Source: Chthoniobacterales bacterium (GTDB taxonomy: Bacteria > Verrucomicrobiota > Verrucomicrobiia > Chthoniobacterales > JACTMZ01). Taken from it: a stretch of 39,966 nucleotides of DNA. Positions within the stretch are counted from its first letter, which is position 1. Every line of letters starts with the position of its first letter. The notes under the pieces were generated by a model. That model saw only the letters and a list, made by a program, of their open reading frames with translations. It was not told the DNA's origin and did not search any database. Below are positions 23,388 through 31,937 of the stretch, piece by piece. The stretch is from positions 1-39,966 of the forward strand of contig JAFMJK010000001.1 of NCBI GenBank assembly GCA_017853515.1, in the 5' to 3' direction. The translations under genes and the position numbers were made by a program.

Positions 23388-25061
23388 GTGGTCGCAACGC
23401 TGGCATCCCTCCGAATCAAAAATCTCGCGCTGGTCGAGGACCTGGCGTGGGAGCCCGGGCCGGGCATGGTTGCCATCACGGGCGAGACAGGCGCGGGCAA
23501 GTCCATCCTCATCGGCGCCTTGCAGTTGCTTCTCGGGGTGCGGGCGGACAAATCGCTCATCCGCAGCGGCGCCGAATCCTGCACGGTCGAAGCGGTCTTC
23601 GCCGTGGACAGGCCGCGGGAGATCGACGCCCTGCTCGAAGCGCAGGGGGCCGAGCCTTGCGCGGACGGACAATTGCTCATCAAACGCGCGCTCCCGGCGG
23701 AAGGTGCGGGGCGGCAATTCGTCAACGGCTCGCCCTGCACCCTCGCTTTGCTCAAGGCGCTGGGTGATTTGCTGGTCGATTTGCACGGGCCGCATGACCA
23801 CCAGTCGCTCTTTTCGCGGGAAGCGCAGACCAAGGTCCTCGACGCCTTCGCCGGCGCGGAGGAAACGGCGGCCTTGTTCGTCGAGGCCCACCGGCGTGTG
23901 CAGAAGCTCGCCGCGGAAGCGGAGGAGTTGCGGGCCGCGGAACAGGACTCCGCCGCGCGCCGCGAAATGCTGGTCCACACCGCGCAGGAAATCGCGTCCG
24001 CGCATTTGCGCCCGGGTGAGGACGAGGAAGTGATGTCTCGGCTGCGCGCCGCAGGGCAAGGACAGCGCCTCGGCGAACTGAGCGTGCAAGTCCTGGCCTG
24101 TCTCGGCGCGGATGGCGAAGGGGGCGCGCGGCAGGCGCTGGCCGGTGCGGTCAAAGCGGCGCGGGAGTTGGCCCGGCTCGACCCGCGGGCCGAAGCTCTC
24201 GGCGACTCGCTTGCGCAGCTGGCCGAAACGGCGGCGGAGCTCGAGCGCGATGCTTCGCGCTATGCCGAAGGCATCGAAAGCGACCCCGCGCAGCTGCGGG
24301 AATTGGAAAAGCGTGCCGACGTTCTCCAAGGGCTCAAGCGCAAATACGGTCCGGCGCTGGAAGATGTCGTGGCGCGCGGCGAGAAGGCGGCCAAGGATCT
24401 CGAGACAATCGATTCGAGCGGGGAGCGCTTGGAAAGGCTTTCGCTGGAGGAGGCGGCAGCGGCGAAGGAAGCGGAAAAGCTTTCGCGCAAACTGACCGCT
24501 GCCCGGAACAAAGCGGCACCCAAGCTGGCCGAGGCGGTGACCAAGGAATTGCGGGACCTGGGTTTTCTCCGCGCGGGATTTTCCGTCCGCCTCGAAACAT
24601 TGGCGGAATCCAAACTATCCGGTTCCGAACTGGCCGAGTTCGAGTTCGCCCCGAATCCGGGTGAGCCGGCCAAGCCGCTCCGTGCCATCGCATCGAGCGG
24701 CGAGATTTCCCGGGTCATGCTCGCGTTGAAGTCCGTGCTCGCCGCGCAGGACAGCGTGCCCTTGCTAGTCTTCGACGAGATCGACGCCAATGTCGGCGGC
24801 GAGGTCGCGGTGAAAGTGGGGCGGAAGATGCGCGCGCTCGCCAAATCGCACCAGATTCTTTGCATCACGCATCTGCCCCAAGTCGCCGCGGCGGCCGCGC
24901 GGCAATTCGCCGTGGGGAAAAAATACGACGGCAAGCGCACGACCACTTCGGTCGACCTGCTCGCTTCCGGCGAACGCGAACGCGAGCTGGCCCGCATGCT
25001 CGGGGGAACGGAAAGCGACTCCGCACTGGCCCATGCGCGCAGCCTTCTCGCGGCCGGCTGA
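23388..25061 (+). CDS. recN: DNA repair protein RecN
   Basis: L.IKNLALVEDL..E...G...ITGETGAGKSIL..AL.LLLG.RAD, long coiled-coil, then signature SGGE.SR..LALK and Walker B LVFDEIDANVGG. No in-frame ATG precedes the Walker A region. I propose the GTG at 23388 (MVATLASLRIKN); a CTG at 23400 is possible. This gives about 557 aa, normal for RecN. Confidence 0.9.
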   Translation: MVATLASLRIKNLALVEDLAWEPGPGMVAITGETGAGKSILIGALQLLLGVRADKSLIRSGAESCTVEAVFAVDRPREIDALLEAQGAEPCADGQLLIKRALPAEGAGRQFVNGSPCTLALLKALGDLLVDLHGPHDHQSLFSREAQTKVLDAFAGAEETAALFVEAHRRVQKLAAEAEELRAAEQDSAARREMLVHTAQEIASAHLRPGEDEEVMSRLRAAGQGQRLGELSVQVLACLGADGEGGARQALAGAVKAARELARLDPRAEALGDSLAQLAETAAELERDASRYAEGIESDPAQLRELEKRADVLQGLKRKYGPALEDVVARGEKAAKDLETIDSSGERLERLSLEEAAAAKEAEKLSRKLTAARNKAAPKLAEAVTKELRDLGFLRAGFSVRLETLAESKLSGSELAEFEFAPNPGEPAKPLRAIASSGEISRVMLALKSVLAAQDSVPLLVFDEIDANVGGEVAVKVGRKMRALAKSHQILCITHLPQVAAAAARQFAVGKKYDGKRTTTSVDLLASGERERELARMLGGTESDSALAHARSLLAAG

Positions 25062-25064
25062 CCG

Positions 25065-26252
25065 ATGCGCATTCTTTTTTTCAACCGCTCCGCTTTGCCT
25101 CTCGGCGGCGGGATGAACCGCCTGGCCATCGACACGGCGCGTCGCCTGCGCACGTCCGGCCACGAGGTGGCGCTGGTCCACGCGCGGGCCGGGGGGCAAT
25201 TCGACGGCACGGGCTACCTTTACGACGACATCGACTACCGTCTCCTGCCGCGCGACGAGAAAGCCTTGCGGCTCGAGGCGATCATCGAGGACTTCGCCCC
25301 CGACGTGATCCAATTACACGGGGTGGGCAACACCCTGCTCGACGGATGGTTGGCGGCGCGGTGTCCCACTGTTCGCTTTGTCCACAACCACGACTTCTAT
25401 TGTTCCGGACGGCGCATGACGCTGCAACGGCCGATGGAGCCGTGTCATCGCGCGCACGGGCGCGGTTGCGCCGTCTCCCATTTGTTGCGCGGATGCGGGT
25501 CGGCCAACCCGGCGGTCAATTTCGTGCGCTACCGCGCGGTGAACCGCAGCCTGCCCGGGCTTCGCTCGCTGCACGGGTTGCAGGTGATGAGCGATTCGGT
25601 CGGACGTCAACTCGAAGCCAACGGCATCGCGCCGGAAAAAATCGTGCGGCTTCCGCTCTATGCGCCGGTCTGGCCGGCGGCGGACAGCGGCCCTTCCTCC
25701 TCGCTGCGCACCATTCTCCACGTCGGGGGCTTGCTCGACCACAAGGGAGTGTGGATGGTCGTGAGGATGCTGCGCGAACTTCCGGCCGACGTTCAGTTGG
25801 TGTTGGCCGGCGGCGGGCGGGAGAAGGAAGTGCTCGAGTCCCATGTGCGCCGCCGCGGCTTGGGCAGCCGCGTTCGCATCGTGGGGGAGGCCACGCCGGA
25901 GCAGTGGTCCTTTCTTTACCGCGAATCGACTCTCGTCGTCATGCCTGTGCTCTGGAACGAGCCGCTCGGACTCGACGGCCTTGCCGCCATGGCCCATGGC
26001 AAACCCGTCGTGGCTTTCGAGACCGAGGGAATCCGTCAATGGCTGCTCCACGGCGAAACGGGTCTTTGTGTCGACTTTGGCGATCGGGCGGGTTTCCGTG
26101 CTGCGGTGCGGGAACTGATCGACGACCGGCCCAAGCTGCGCGAATTCGGCCTGAAAGCCCGCGAAGTGTGGCGCGAACGTTTCACGGCGCGGGCCTATTT
26201 GGATGCGCTGCTCGCCCATTACCAGCGCGTGGCAGGGGAGGCGTTAAAATGA
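25065..26252 (+). CDS. GT4-family (GT-B fold) glycosyltransferase
   Basis: 395 aa. MRILFFNRS...GGM N-terminus. C-terminal EX7E-type motif region NEPLGLDGLAAMAHGKPVVAFETEGIRQWLLHGETG. The ATG lies 3 nt after the recN stop. Confidence 0.85.
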   Translation: MRILFFNRSALPLGGGMNRLAIDTARRLRTSGHEVALVHARAGGQFDGTGYLYDDIDYRLLPRDEKALRLEAIIEDFAPDVIQLHGVGNTLLDGWLAARCPTVRFVHNHDFYCSGRRMTLQRPMEPCHRAHGRGCAVSHLLRGCGSANPAVNFVRYRAVNRSLPGLRSLHGLQVMSDSVGRQLEANGIAPEKIVRLPLYAPVWPAADSGPSSSLRTILHVGGLLDHKGVWMVVRMLRELPADVQLVLAGGGREKEVLESHVRRRGLGSRVRIVGEATPEQWSFLYRESTLVVMPVLWNEPLGLDGLAAMAHGKPVVAFETEGIRQWLLHGETGLCVDFGDRAGFRAAVRELIDDRPKLREFGLKAREVWRERFTARAYLDALLAHYQRVAGEALK

Positions 26253-27388
26253 AGAAGACAACCTTCTTTGTCGCCGCCGGAGTGCTTGTTGTTCTCTCGC
26301 TCTGGCTTCATCGCGAGTTCGCGCGAGGCACATTCGATCCGGTCGAGCGGCGCTTCGCCGGTTGGCTCGGCGCCAACACCGGAACGGCGGCCGCCCTGCC
26401 GCCGCTGGTCGTCGTTCTTTATGATGAAGAATCTTCCGCCTTGGCCGGGGCCGAACGCTTGGCTTTGCTCGACGGTGCTCTCTTCGCCCGCGCGGCGGCG
26501 AAGCTCGGCGCGGCGGCCGCCGGGGTGGAGGGGCTTTCCGGCAATCCTTCACGCATGCTTGAAGCGGCAGGACGCATGCTCTTGTTCGGTGGCTTCGATG
26601 TGTCGAGCCCTCCCGACATCGGGTGGACGCCCTGTGATGGATTGTTCGACCGGCGTTGGCCCGAGCTGGCCGGGTTGGTCGGTCCGTCCTCCGCCCGTTT
26701 CGGCCGCGGATTTTTTACGCCGCCCACCGGATCGGCGGGCCCGCGTCGCATTCCGTTCGTGGCGCGCAATTCCGACCGGCCCGTGCCTTCGTTTCTCGCC
26801 TTGGCCTGGGCCGCGGGGCAGGGGATGCGTCCCTCGGGGATAAAAGCCACGCCGGGTCGGGTCGAAGGGCGGGGGCGCTTCGTGCCCCTGGACAGCGAAG
26901 GCGCGGTCTCGTTTTTCGCGCAGGACGCCGCGCGCATCATGACGATGAACGAATTTCTCGTCGCGGCGGAAAAATTCGAACGCGAGGGCGGATCGTCGCC
27001 GTTCCGCGGTTGCGTCGTCGTCCTGTGCCGCGCCACGCCCGACGTCGCGCGGTTGGCGTCCGGCGGGACGGCGCTCACCCCGGCCGAGTTGTGGGCCCAA
27101 TCTTGGCAGGCCTTGCGGCAGGGCAGGTTCTTCGTGGTGCCCGGATGGTGGTATCCGCTGCTCGTCGCGTTCGCCGCTTTGGCTCTGTGCGCCGGCCCCG
27201 CGCGGCGCGGTTGGGGAGCGGCGTGCGGGGCCGGGGCGGCGGCCTTTCTTGTTTACCTGCTCGCCGCGCTGGGTGCGTTTGCCACCTACGGTCTGCTCTT
27301 GCCGTTCGTTCCCTCCACGGCGACTCTGGTGGCCGGACTTTTTCTCGGACGTTTCCTCGCGCAAGGCAAAGAATCGGCGGCATCATGA
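26249..27388 (+). CDS. CHASE2-like membrane protein without an output domain
   Basis: The ATG at 26249 overlaps the GT4 stop (ATGA). 379 aa. N-terminal TM helix, then a periplasmic region whose landmarks follow the CHASE2 layout: VVVLYDEES, RRIPFVARN...PSFLALAWAA, FRGCVVVLCRATPD, TPAELWAQSWQALRQGRFF. It ends in about 3 C-terminal TM helices with nothing after them. Confidence 0.5.
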   Translation: MKKTTFFVAAGVLVVLSLWLHREFARGTFDPVERRFAGWLGANTGTAAALPPLVVVLYDEESSALAGAERLALLDGALFARAAAKLGAAAAGVEGLSGNPSRMLEAAGRMLLFGGFDVSSPPDIGWTPCDGLFDRRWPELAGLVGPSSARFGRGFFTPPTGSAGPRRIPFVARNSDRPVPSFLALAWAAGQGMRPSGIKATPGRVEGRGRFVPLDSEGAVSFFAQDAARIMTMNEFLVAAEKFEREGGSSPFRGCVVVLCRATPDVARLASGGTALTPAELWAQSWQALRQGRFFVVPGWWYPLLVAFAALALCAGPARRGWGAACGAGAAAFLVYLLAALGAFATYGLLLPFVPSTATLVAGLFLGRFLAQGKESAAS

Positions 27389-28746
27389 AATTCACCAATC
27401 TCACGCGCGCCGAGGAAATCGGCGCCAATTGCTACCTGCTCGAGACGGGGAACACGCGCGTCCTGCTCGATTCTGGCATGCATCCGCGCGCGGCGGGGCC
27501 GCTGGCCACTCCGGATTTTTCCCTGCTCGGCGGCCGCGGATTCGACGCCATGGTGCTGACCCACGCCCACCAGGACCATGTCGGCTGTCTGCCCTTGGCG
27601 ATGCGACAAGCTCCCGATGCTCCGGTTTTCATGACCGAGGCAACGGCGGCCATTTCCGACGTGATGCTGCACAATTCGGTCAATGTGATGATGCGGCAAC
27701 GCGAGGAGTTGGGCTTGCCGGATTATCCGCTTTTCTCCCACCGCGAAGTGGAACGGCTGGCCGACCAGTGGCGGTTGGTCGACCTCGGCAGGCCTTTTGA
27801 TCTTTCCGATGAAAGCGGCGCGGTGACCTGCGAACTTTTCGACGCGGGGCACATCCTGGGATCGACCGGCGCGCTCGTCCGCGCCGAGGGAAGGTGTATT
27901 TTTTACACTGGGGACGTCAATTTCGAGGACCAGACGCTGATGCGCGCGGCCAAATTTCCCGAGGAGAACATCGACGTGCTCATCATGGAGACGACGCGGG
28001 GGGACAGTCCGGTGCCGGAAGGGTTCACGCGCAAGTCGGAGGAAGAGCGCTTCATCGGCGCGTTGCAGGCGGCGTTGGACGAAGGTGCGCCCGTGCTTGT
28101 GCCCGTTTTTGCCTTGGGCAAAACGCAGGAACTTCTCGCCCTGCTGCACGGTGCGCGCAAAAGCGGCGCCTTGCGCGGCGGGTTCGGCCTGTATGTCGGC
28201 GGACTCGGGGCCAAGATCACGGCGACAACCGACAATCTGCGCGGACGTGCGCCACGGCGCCACGGCGATTTGAAGCTGGCCACCTGCATGCCGATGGAAG
28301 TGGTCGGGGGGCGCGACATGGCGCAGTTGCCCGTTCTTCCGCGCACGGTTTACGCCGTGTCGAGCGGCATGATGACGGAAAACACGCTTTCCAACATGCT
28401 GGCGCCCCGCATTCTGGAAGATCCGAAGGCGCACTGCATGTTCGTCGGTTATTCCGACCCGGAATCACCGGCCGGACACGTGCGCGCCTCGGCGGATGGG
28501 GGTGAAGTGGTGATCGACCGTCGCCGGCATCCGGTCAAACGCCGCTGTCGCGTGGATCAATTCACCTTGAGCGCGCATGCCACGCGTGACGGGTTGCTCG
28601 ACTACGCACGCAAGGTCCAACCGGCCAAAATCGTCCTCGTGCACGGGGACCCGCCCGCGGTCGGGTGGTTCGCGCGCGAACTTCCCAAAGTCTGCCCGCG
28701 CTCCGAAGTGATCGTGCCGCCGCCGGGGCAGACGATCGAGGTGTGA
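27385..28746 (+). CDS. beta-CASP family MBL-fold nuclease (RNA-metabolising MBL type)
   Basis: The ATG at 27385 overlaps the upstream stop (ATGA). 453 aa. MBL motifs LLDSGM, HAHQDHVG, DAGHILGS and YTGD. Beta-CASP motifs A (IMETTRG), B (LSAHATRDGL) and C (VLVHGD). Confidence 0.85.
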   Translation: MKFTNLTRAEEIGANCYLLETGNTRVLLDSGMHPRAAGPLATPDFSLLGGRGFDAMVLTHAHQDHVGCLPLAMRQAPDAPVFMTEATAAISDVMLHNSVNVMMRQREELGLPDYPLFSHREVERLADQWRLVDLGRPFDLSDESGAVTCELFDAGHILGSTGALVRAEGRCIFYTGDVNFEDQTLMRAAKFPEENIDVLIMETTRGDSPVPEGFTRKSEEERFIGALQAALDEGAPVLVPVFALGKTQELLALLHGARKSGALRGGFGLYVGGLGAKITATTDNLRGRAPRRHGDLKLATCMPMEVVGGRDMAQLPVLPRTVYAVSSGMMTENTLSNMLAPRILEDPKAHCMFVGYSDPESPAGHVRASADGGEVVIDRRRHPVKRRCRVDQFTLSAHATRDGLLDYARKVQPAKIVLVHGDPPAVGWFARELPKVCPRSEVIVPPPGQTIEV

Positions 28747-28768
28747 TTGCCGCCTGCGCGGCAATCAC
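28743..28768 (+). terminator. perfect 11-bp hairpin enclosing the beta-CASP stop codon (no U-tract)
   Basis: GTGATTGCCGC-CTGC-GCGGCAATCAC. The TGA at 28744-28746 lies in the left arm. Confidence 0.4.
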
Positions 28769-28823
28769 GAAGGATGAAACTTGAGACCTGAAGGCTGAGC
28801 AACGCAAAGAAAAGGTTCAGGAG

Positions 28824-28889
28824 GATGGATCGCGCCGTCCCGGCGCGGTGCCTCCCTGGAAAAATCGCGATGGGACATCGCGATCCACC
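28824..28889 (+). repeat. 66-nt copy of the TIR repeat family
   Basis: GATGGATCGCGCCGTCCCGGCGCG...ATCGCGATGGGACATCGCGATCCACC. Lies between convergent genes, 19 nt from the desaturase stop. Confidence 0.8.
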
Positions 28890-28908
28890 CGAGAACGCTG
28901 GTTTCTGG

Positions 28909-30036
28909 TTACGCCGCCGCCGGCAACCGGCGGTCGAGGTCGGAAAGCAGCGCGGTGAATTCGCGCGTTTCGCGACGCCAGCGCTCGATGGCTTGGCGGG
29001 AAATCTCTACTTGCTCGGTCATGGCTTTCTCGAGCGCCTCGTAGTTGGCGGCGAGGCGCGCGCTCAGGTGGTCGAACATCTCGTGCATCTGGTGACCGAA
29101 GACGGCGGCGATGCTCTCCGGTTGCTGCAGTTGCGCTTCGGCGCGGCGGCGCGCCTCGTTCATTTCGGCGAGCAGGATTTTTCCGTCGGGCACGCGGCGC
29201 AGATCGCTGACCAGCCCCAGCTTTTCCAGCGTCCATATCGTCCACTTGGTCGGGTCGAAATTGGTTTTTTTCACCCCGTTGCGGTAGTCGTGCTGAAACT
29301 CGTGGTGGTAGTTGTGGTAGCCTTCGCCGAAGGTGAAGAGCGCCATGATCGCGCTGTCGCGGGCGCTGCAGCGGGCGGAATAAGGCTGGTTGCCCACCGT
29401 GTGGCAGAGCGAGTTGATGAAGAAGGTGCTGTGCTGGACGGCGAAAACGCGCAGGACGCCGGCAAGGAGGAATCCGCCTAGGGCGCCCGACGGTCCGTTC
29501 CAAAGGTAGCCGAGCAGCGCGGGCACGCCGAAACCGACGGCAAAGGCGAGCGGGATGCACCAGCGATGCTGCCACATGACAAGTTTGTCGCGGCGCAGAT
29601 CGTTGACGTTGTCCATGGGCAACTCCGGTGAGAGTTTGAAAAGCAACCATCCGATGTGAGCCCACATAAACCCCTTGGTGATGTCGTAGGGATCATCCTC
29701 GTGATCGACGTGCTTGTGGTGCTTGCGGTGGTCGGAACACCAGTCCAGAACCGAGTTTTCGAAGGCGCAGGCGCCGAAGACCAGAGCGGTCAATTTGACG
29801 GGCGCCTTGGCTTTGAACGAGAGGTGGGAGAATAACCGGTGGTAGCCGAGAGTGATGCTCAGCCCCGTGGTGATGTAGAAGAAAAGAAACAGGCCCACCT
29901 GGAACCAGTCGAGGCCATAGTGCCAGATGTAGAGAGGGACTGCGGTGACGGCCAAGGTATTGATGACGGCGAGGAAAATGCTCGTCGTCCAGTTGACGCG
30001 CCCCCAGGGGATGCGCGTGAGCAGAGGTATTTGCAT
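28909..30036 (-). CDS. acyl-CoA (stearoyl-CoA-type, Delta9-like) fatty acid desaturase
   Basis: 375 aa from the ATG at 30036 (MQIPLL). Three His boxes: HRLFSH, HRKHHKHVD and HNYHHEF. 4 TM helices. About 90-aa C-terminal coiled-coil-like extension. Confidence 0.9.
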   Translation of the reverse strand: MQIPLLTRIPWGRVNWTTSIFLAVINTLAVTAVPLYIWHYGLDWFQVGLFLFFYITTGLSITLGYHRLFSHLSFKAKAPVKLTALVFGACAFENSVLDWCSDHRKHHKHVDHEDDPYDITKGFMWAHIGWLLFKLSPELPMDNVNDLRRDKLVMWQHRWCIPLAFAVGFGVPALLGYLWNGPSGALGGFLLAGVLRVFAVQHSTFFINSLCHTVGNQPYSARCSARDSAIMALFTFGEGYHNYHHEFQHDYRNGVKKTNFDPTKWTIWTLEKLGLVSDLRRVPDGKILLAEMNEARRRAEAQLQQPESIAAVFGHQMHEMFDHLSARLAANYEALEKAMTEQVEISRQAIERWRRETREFTALLSDLDRRLPAAA

Positions 30037-30168
30037 GGAGTTGGTGGAGTGAGCGGCGCCTTCGCCGGATGGGACCTGAATACTACCCGCAGACCGGCCC
30101 CGGCGCAACCCCGACCGGTCTGCCGGTTGCCTTTTGTCTCCGGGTCGTTTCAACTGAAGGGCTTCTCC

Positions 30169-31086
30169 ATGGATCACTGGTTTTGGTTCAGCGCGTCGGA
30201 TTTCGCCTTCAGCTTCCTCAGCGTGGTGCTGGAAGGCGTTCCCTTCATCCTCGTCGGCGTGCTGCTCAGCGGGTTGGTCGATGTTTTCCTCCCGCCCCGC
30301 TTGCTGGCCCGAGTGCTTCCGCGCCATCCCGCGGCAGGGATCTTGCTCGGCGGCTTGCTCGGAGCGGTTCTCCCAATGTGCGAATGCGGCATCGTGGTCG
30401 TCATTCGCCGGCTCCTGCGCAAAGGCCTGCCGCTGTCCAATGCCATGGCCTACATGCTCGCCGCGCCGGTGGTGAATCCGGTCGTGGCGCTCAGCACCTA
30501 CGCCGCGTTCCGCGGTCAGGGCGCGCTGGAAATGACTTTGTGGCGCATGGGCCTTGCTTTCGGTGTGGCGGTTGTCATCGCCACCATCGTGCTTTTCCTC
30601 GGCCGCGGATTTGTCCTGCGTCCCGACCTGCAGACCGCCGATGCGCCGGACGAGGGCTCCGACCATCGCAGCCGGGCGGAGAAATGGGCTTCCGCCGTCC
30701 GGTCCGCGGTCGGCGACTTTCTCGATGTGACAGTCTACTTCCTCTTGGGCGCGGCGGTGGCGACTTTGTTCAACACGAGCGTCAACCAGCAGTTGATCAT
30801 GCCTTTGGCCGAGGACCGTGCGCTTTCCGTCGCGGGCATGATGGGCCTGGCCGCGATCCTTTCGCTTTGCAGCACGTCCGATGCTTTTGTCGCGGCGACC
30901 TTCACCGCGTTTTCCTCGGCCTCCAAACTCGCGTTCCTTGTCTTCGGTCCCATGATGGACCTGAAACTTGTCTTCATCTACGGCCTCGTTTTCCGCAAGC
31001 GCTTCATTGCTTGCCTTGTCGTGCTGCTCTTCGTCCTCGTTTGGCTGGCCTGCACGCAATTGCCCATCGACAACTTCCGCGGATGA
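30169..31086 (+). CDS. ArsP_1/DUF318-family permease
   Basis: ATG at 30169 (MDHWFWF). Polytopic membrane protein with the family-typical motif LPMCECGIVVV and a second half containing LCSTSDAFVA. Confidence 0.8.
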   Translation: MDHWFWFSASDFAFSFLSVVLEGVPFILVGVLLSGLVDVFLPPRLLARVLPRHPAAGILLGGLLGAVLPMCECGIVVVIRRLLRKGLPLSNAMAYMLAAPVVNPVVALSTYAAFRGQGALEMTLWRMGLAFGVAVVIATIVLFLGRGFVLRPDLQTADAPDEGSDHRSRAEKWASAVRSAVGDFLDVTVYFLLGAAVATLFNTSVNQQLIMPLAEDRALSVAGMMGLAAILSLCSTSDAFVAATFTAFSSASKLAFLVFGPMMDLKLVFIYGLVFRKRFIACLVVLLFVLVWLACTQLPIDNFRG

Positions 31087-31937
31087 ACAAGCGCACGCTC
31101 ACGCTCGTCACCCTCCTGCTCTGGGGAACGCTGATGCTCGGGTTTTGGCTGAGCGGGCGCATCGTGGCTTATTTGCATCCGCAGTTTCACATGCTGGTCG
31201 CCTGCGCCGGCGCGGCGCTTCTGCTCCTCGCTCCCGCATGGTGGTGGGCCACGCGCGGGACGGCCGAGGGGTGCTCGGATTGCGGCTGCCATCACGGCCA
31301 CGACGAGGAACCGCGCAGCGCGATGAGTGCGGGGGCGGTCTTTGCTTTTGCGGTCCTGCTGCTCCCGGTCAGTGCCGCGACGTTCTGGTCTCCCGGCCAG
31401 TTCGGCGAGGCGGCGGTGATCAACCGCGGCATCGTCTCGAGCATCGCGCAGTTGCCCGCAGCCGGTCCGCCGACCCCGGCCGGGTTGGACGATGCGCCGC
31501 TCCTCGGTGATGGTGAAATCATCCCCGACGTGGATGACTGGCCGGAGGGGCAGGAGGAGGGCGTGGAATTCTACACGCGCGGTCCGGACGGCGCGATCCA
31601 GTTGGAGACGATCGACCTTCTCTTCGCCGCCGAAGAACCCGGACTGCGCGACGAGTTCGACAACCAGCGCGTATCCGTCGTCGGGCAATATGTTCCGCCG
31701 CGCGACGGCGGGACGAACTTCGATCTCGTGCGCATGATGATGGTCTGTTGCGCGGCCGACGCGCGGCCGATCGGCGTCGCGGTGGAGACAGCCCACGCCC
31801 CGGATGTCCCGCGCATGGGCTGGGTCCGCGTCACCGGCACGGCGCGTTTCGTCGAAGAAGGAGGCCTGCGCCAGCCGCGTTTGACCGCGGAAAAAATCGA
31901 GGAAGTCCCAGCGCCGAGTGAAACGGTCCTTTACTAA
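31083..31937 (+). CDS. TIGR03943/DUF1980-family membrane protein (partner of the DUF318 permease)
   Basis: The ATG overlaps the permease stop (ATGA). 284 aa. 3 N-terminal TM helices with a Cys/His loop CSDCGCHHGHDEE (31272-31310). The C-terminal soluble domain contains MMMVCCAADA. Confidence 0.7.
   Translation: MNKRTLTLVTLLLWGTLMLGFWLSGRIVAYLHPQFHMLVACAGAALLLLAPAWWWATRGTAEGCSDCGCHHGHDEEPRSAMSAGAVFAFAVLLLPVSAATFWSPGQFGEAAVINRGIVSSIAQLPAAGPPTPAGLDDAPLLGDGEIIPDVDDWPEGQEEGVEFYTRGPDGAIQLETIDLLFAAEEPGLRDEFDNQRVSVVGQYVPPRDGGTNFDLVRMMMVCCAADARPIGVAVETAHAPDVPRMGWVRVTGTARFVEEGGLRQPRLTAEKIEEVPAPSETVLY

Noticed and set aside
24860-26248. Long N-terminal extensions of the CHASE2-like (24860..) and beta-CASP (26656..27384) track ORFs
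   Set aside because: The extensions overlap recN/GT4 and the CHASE2-like gene in other frames and are Arg/Pro/Gly-rich. Clean ATG starts with ATGA stop overlaps exist at 26249 and 27385.
30037-31059. Upstream 341 aa of the 716-aa desaturase track ORF, and the 30069..31082 extension of the TIGR03943 ORF
   Set aside because: The desaturase homology and first TM helix begin at the ATG at 30036. The rest is antisense or out-of-frame to the permease gene.
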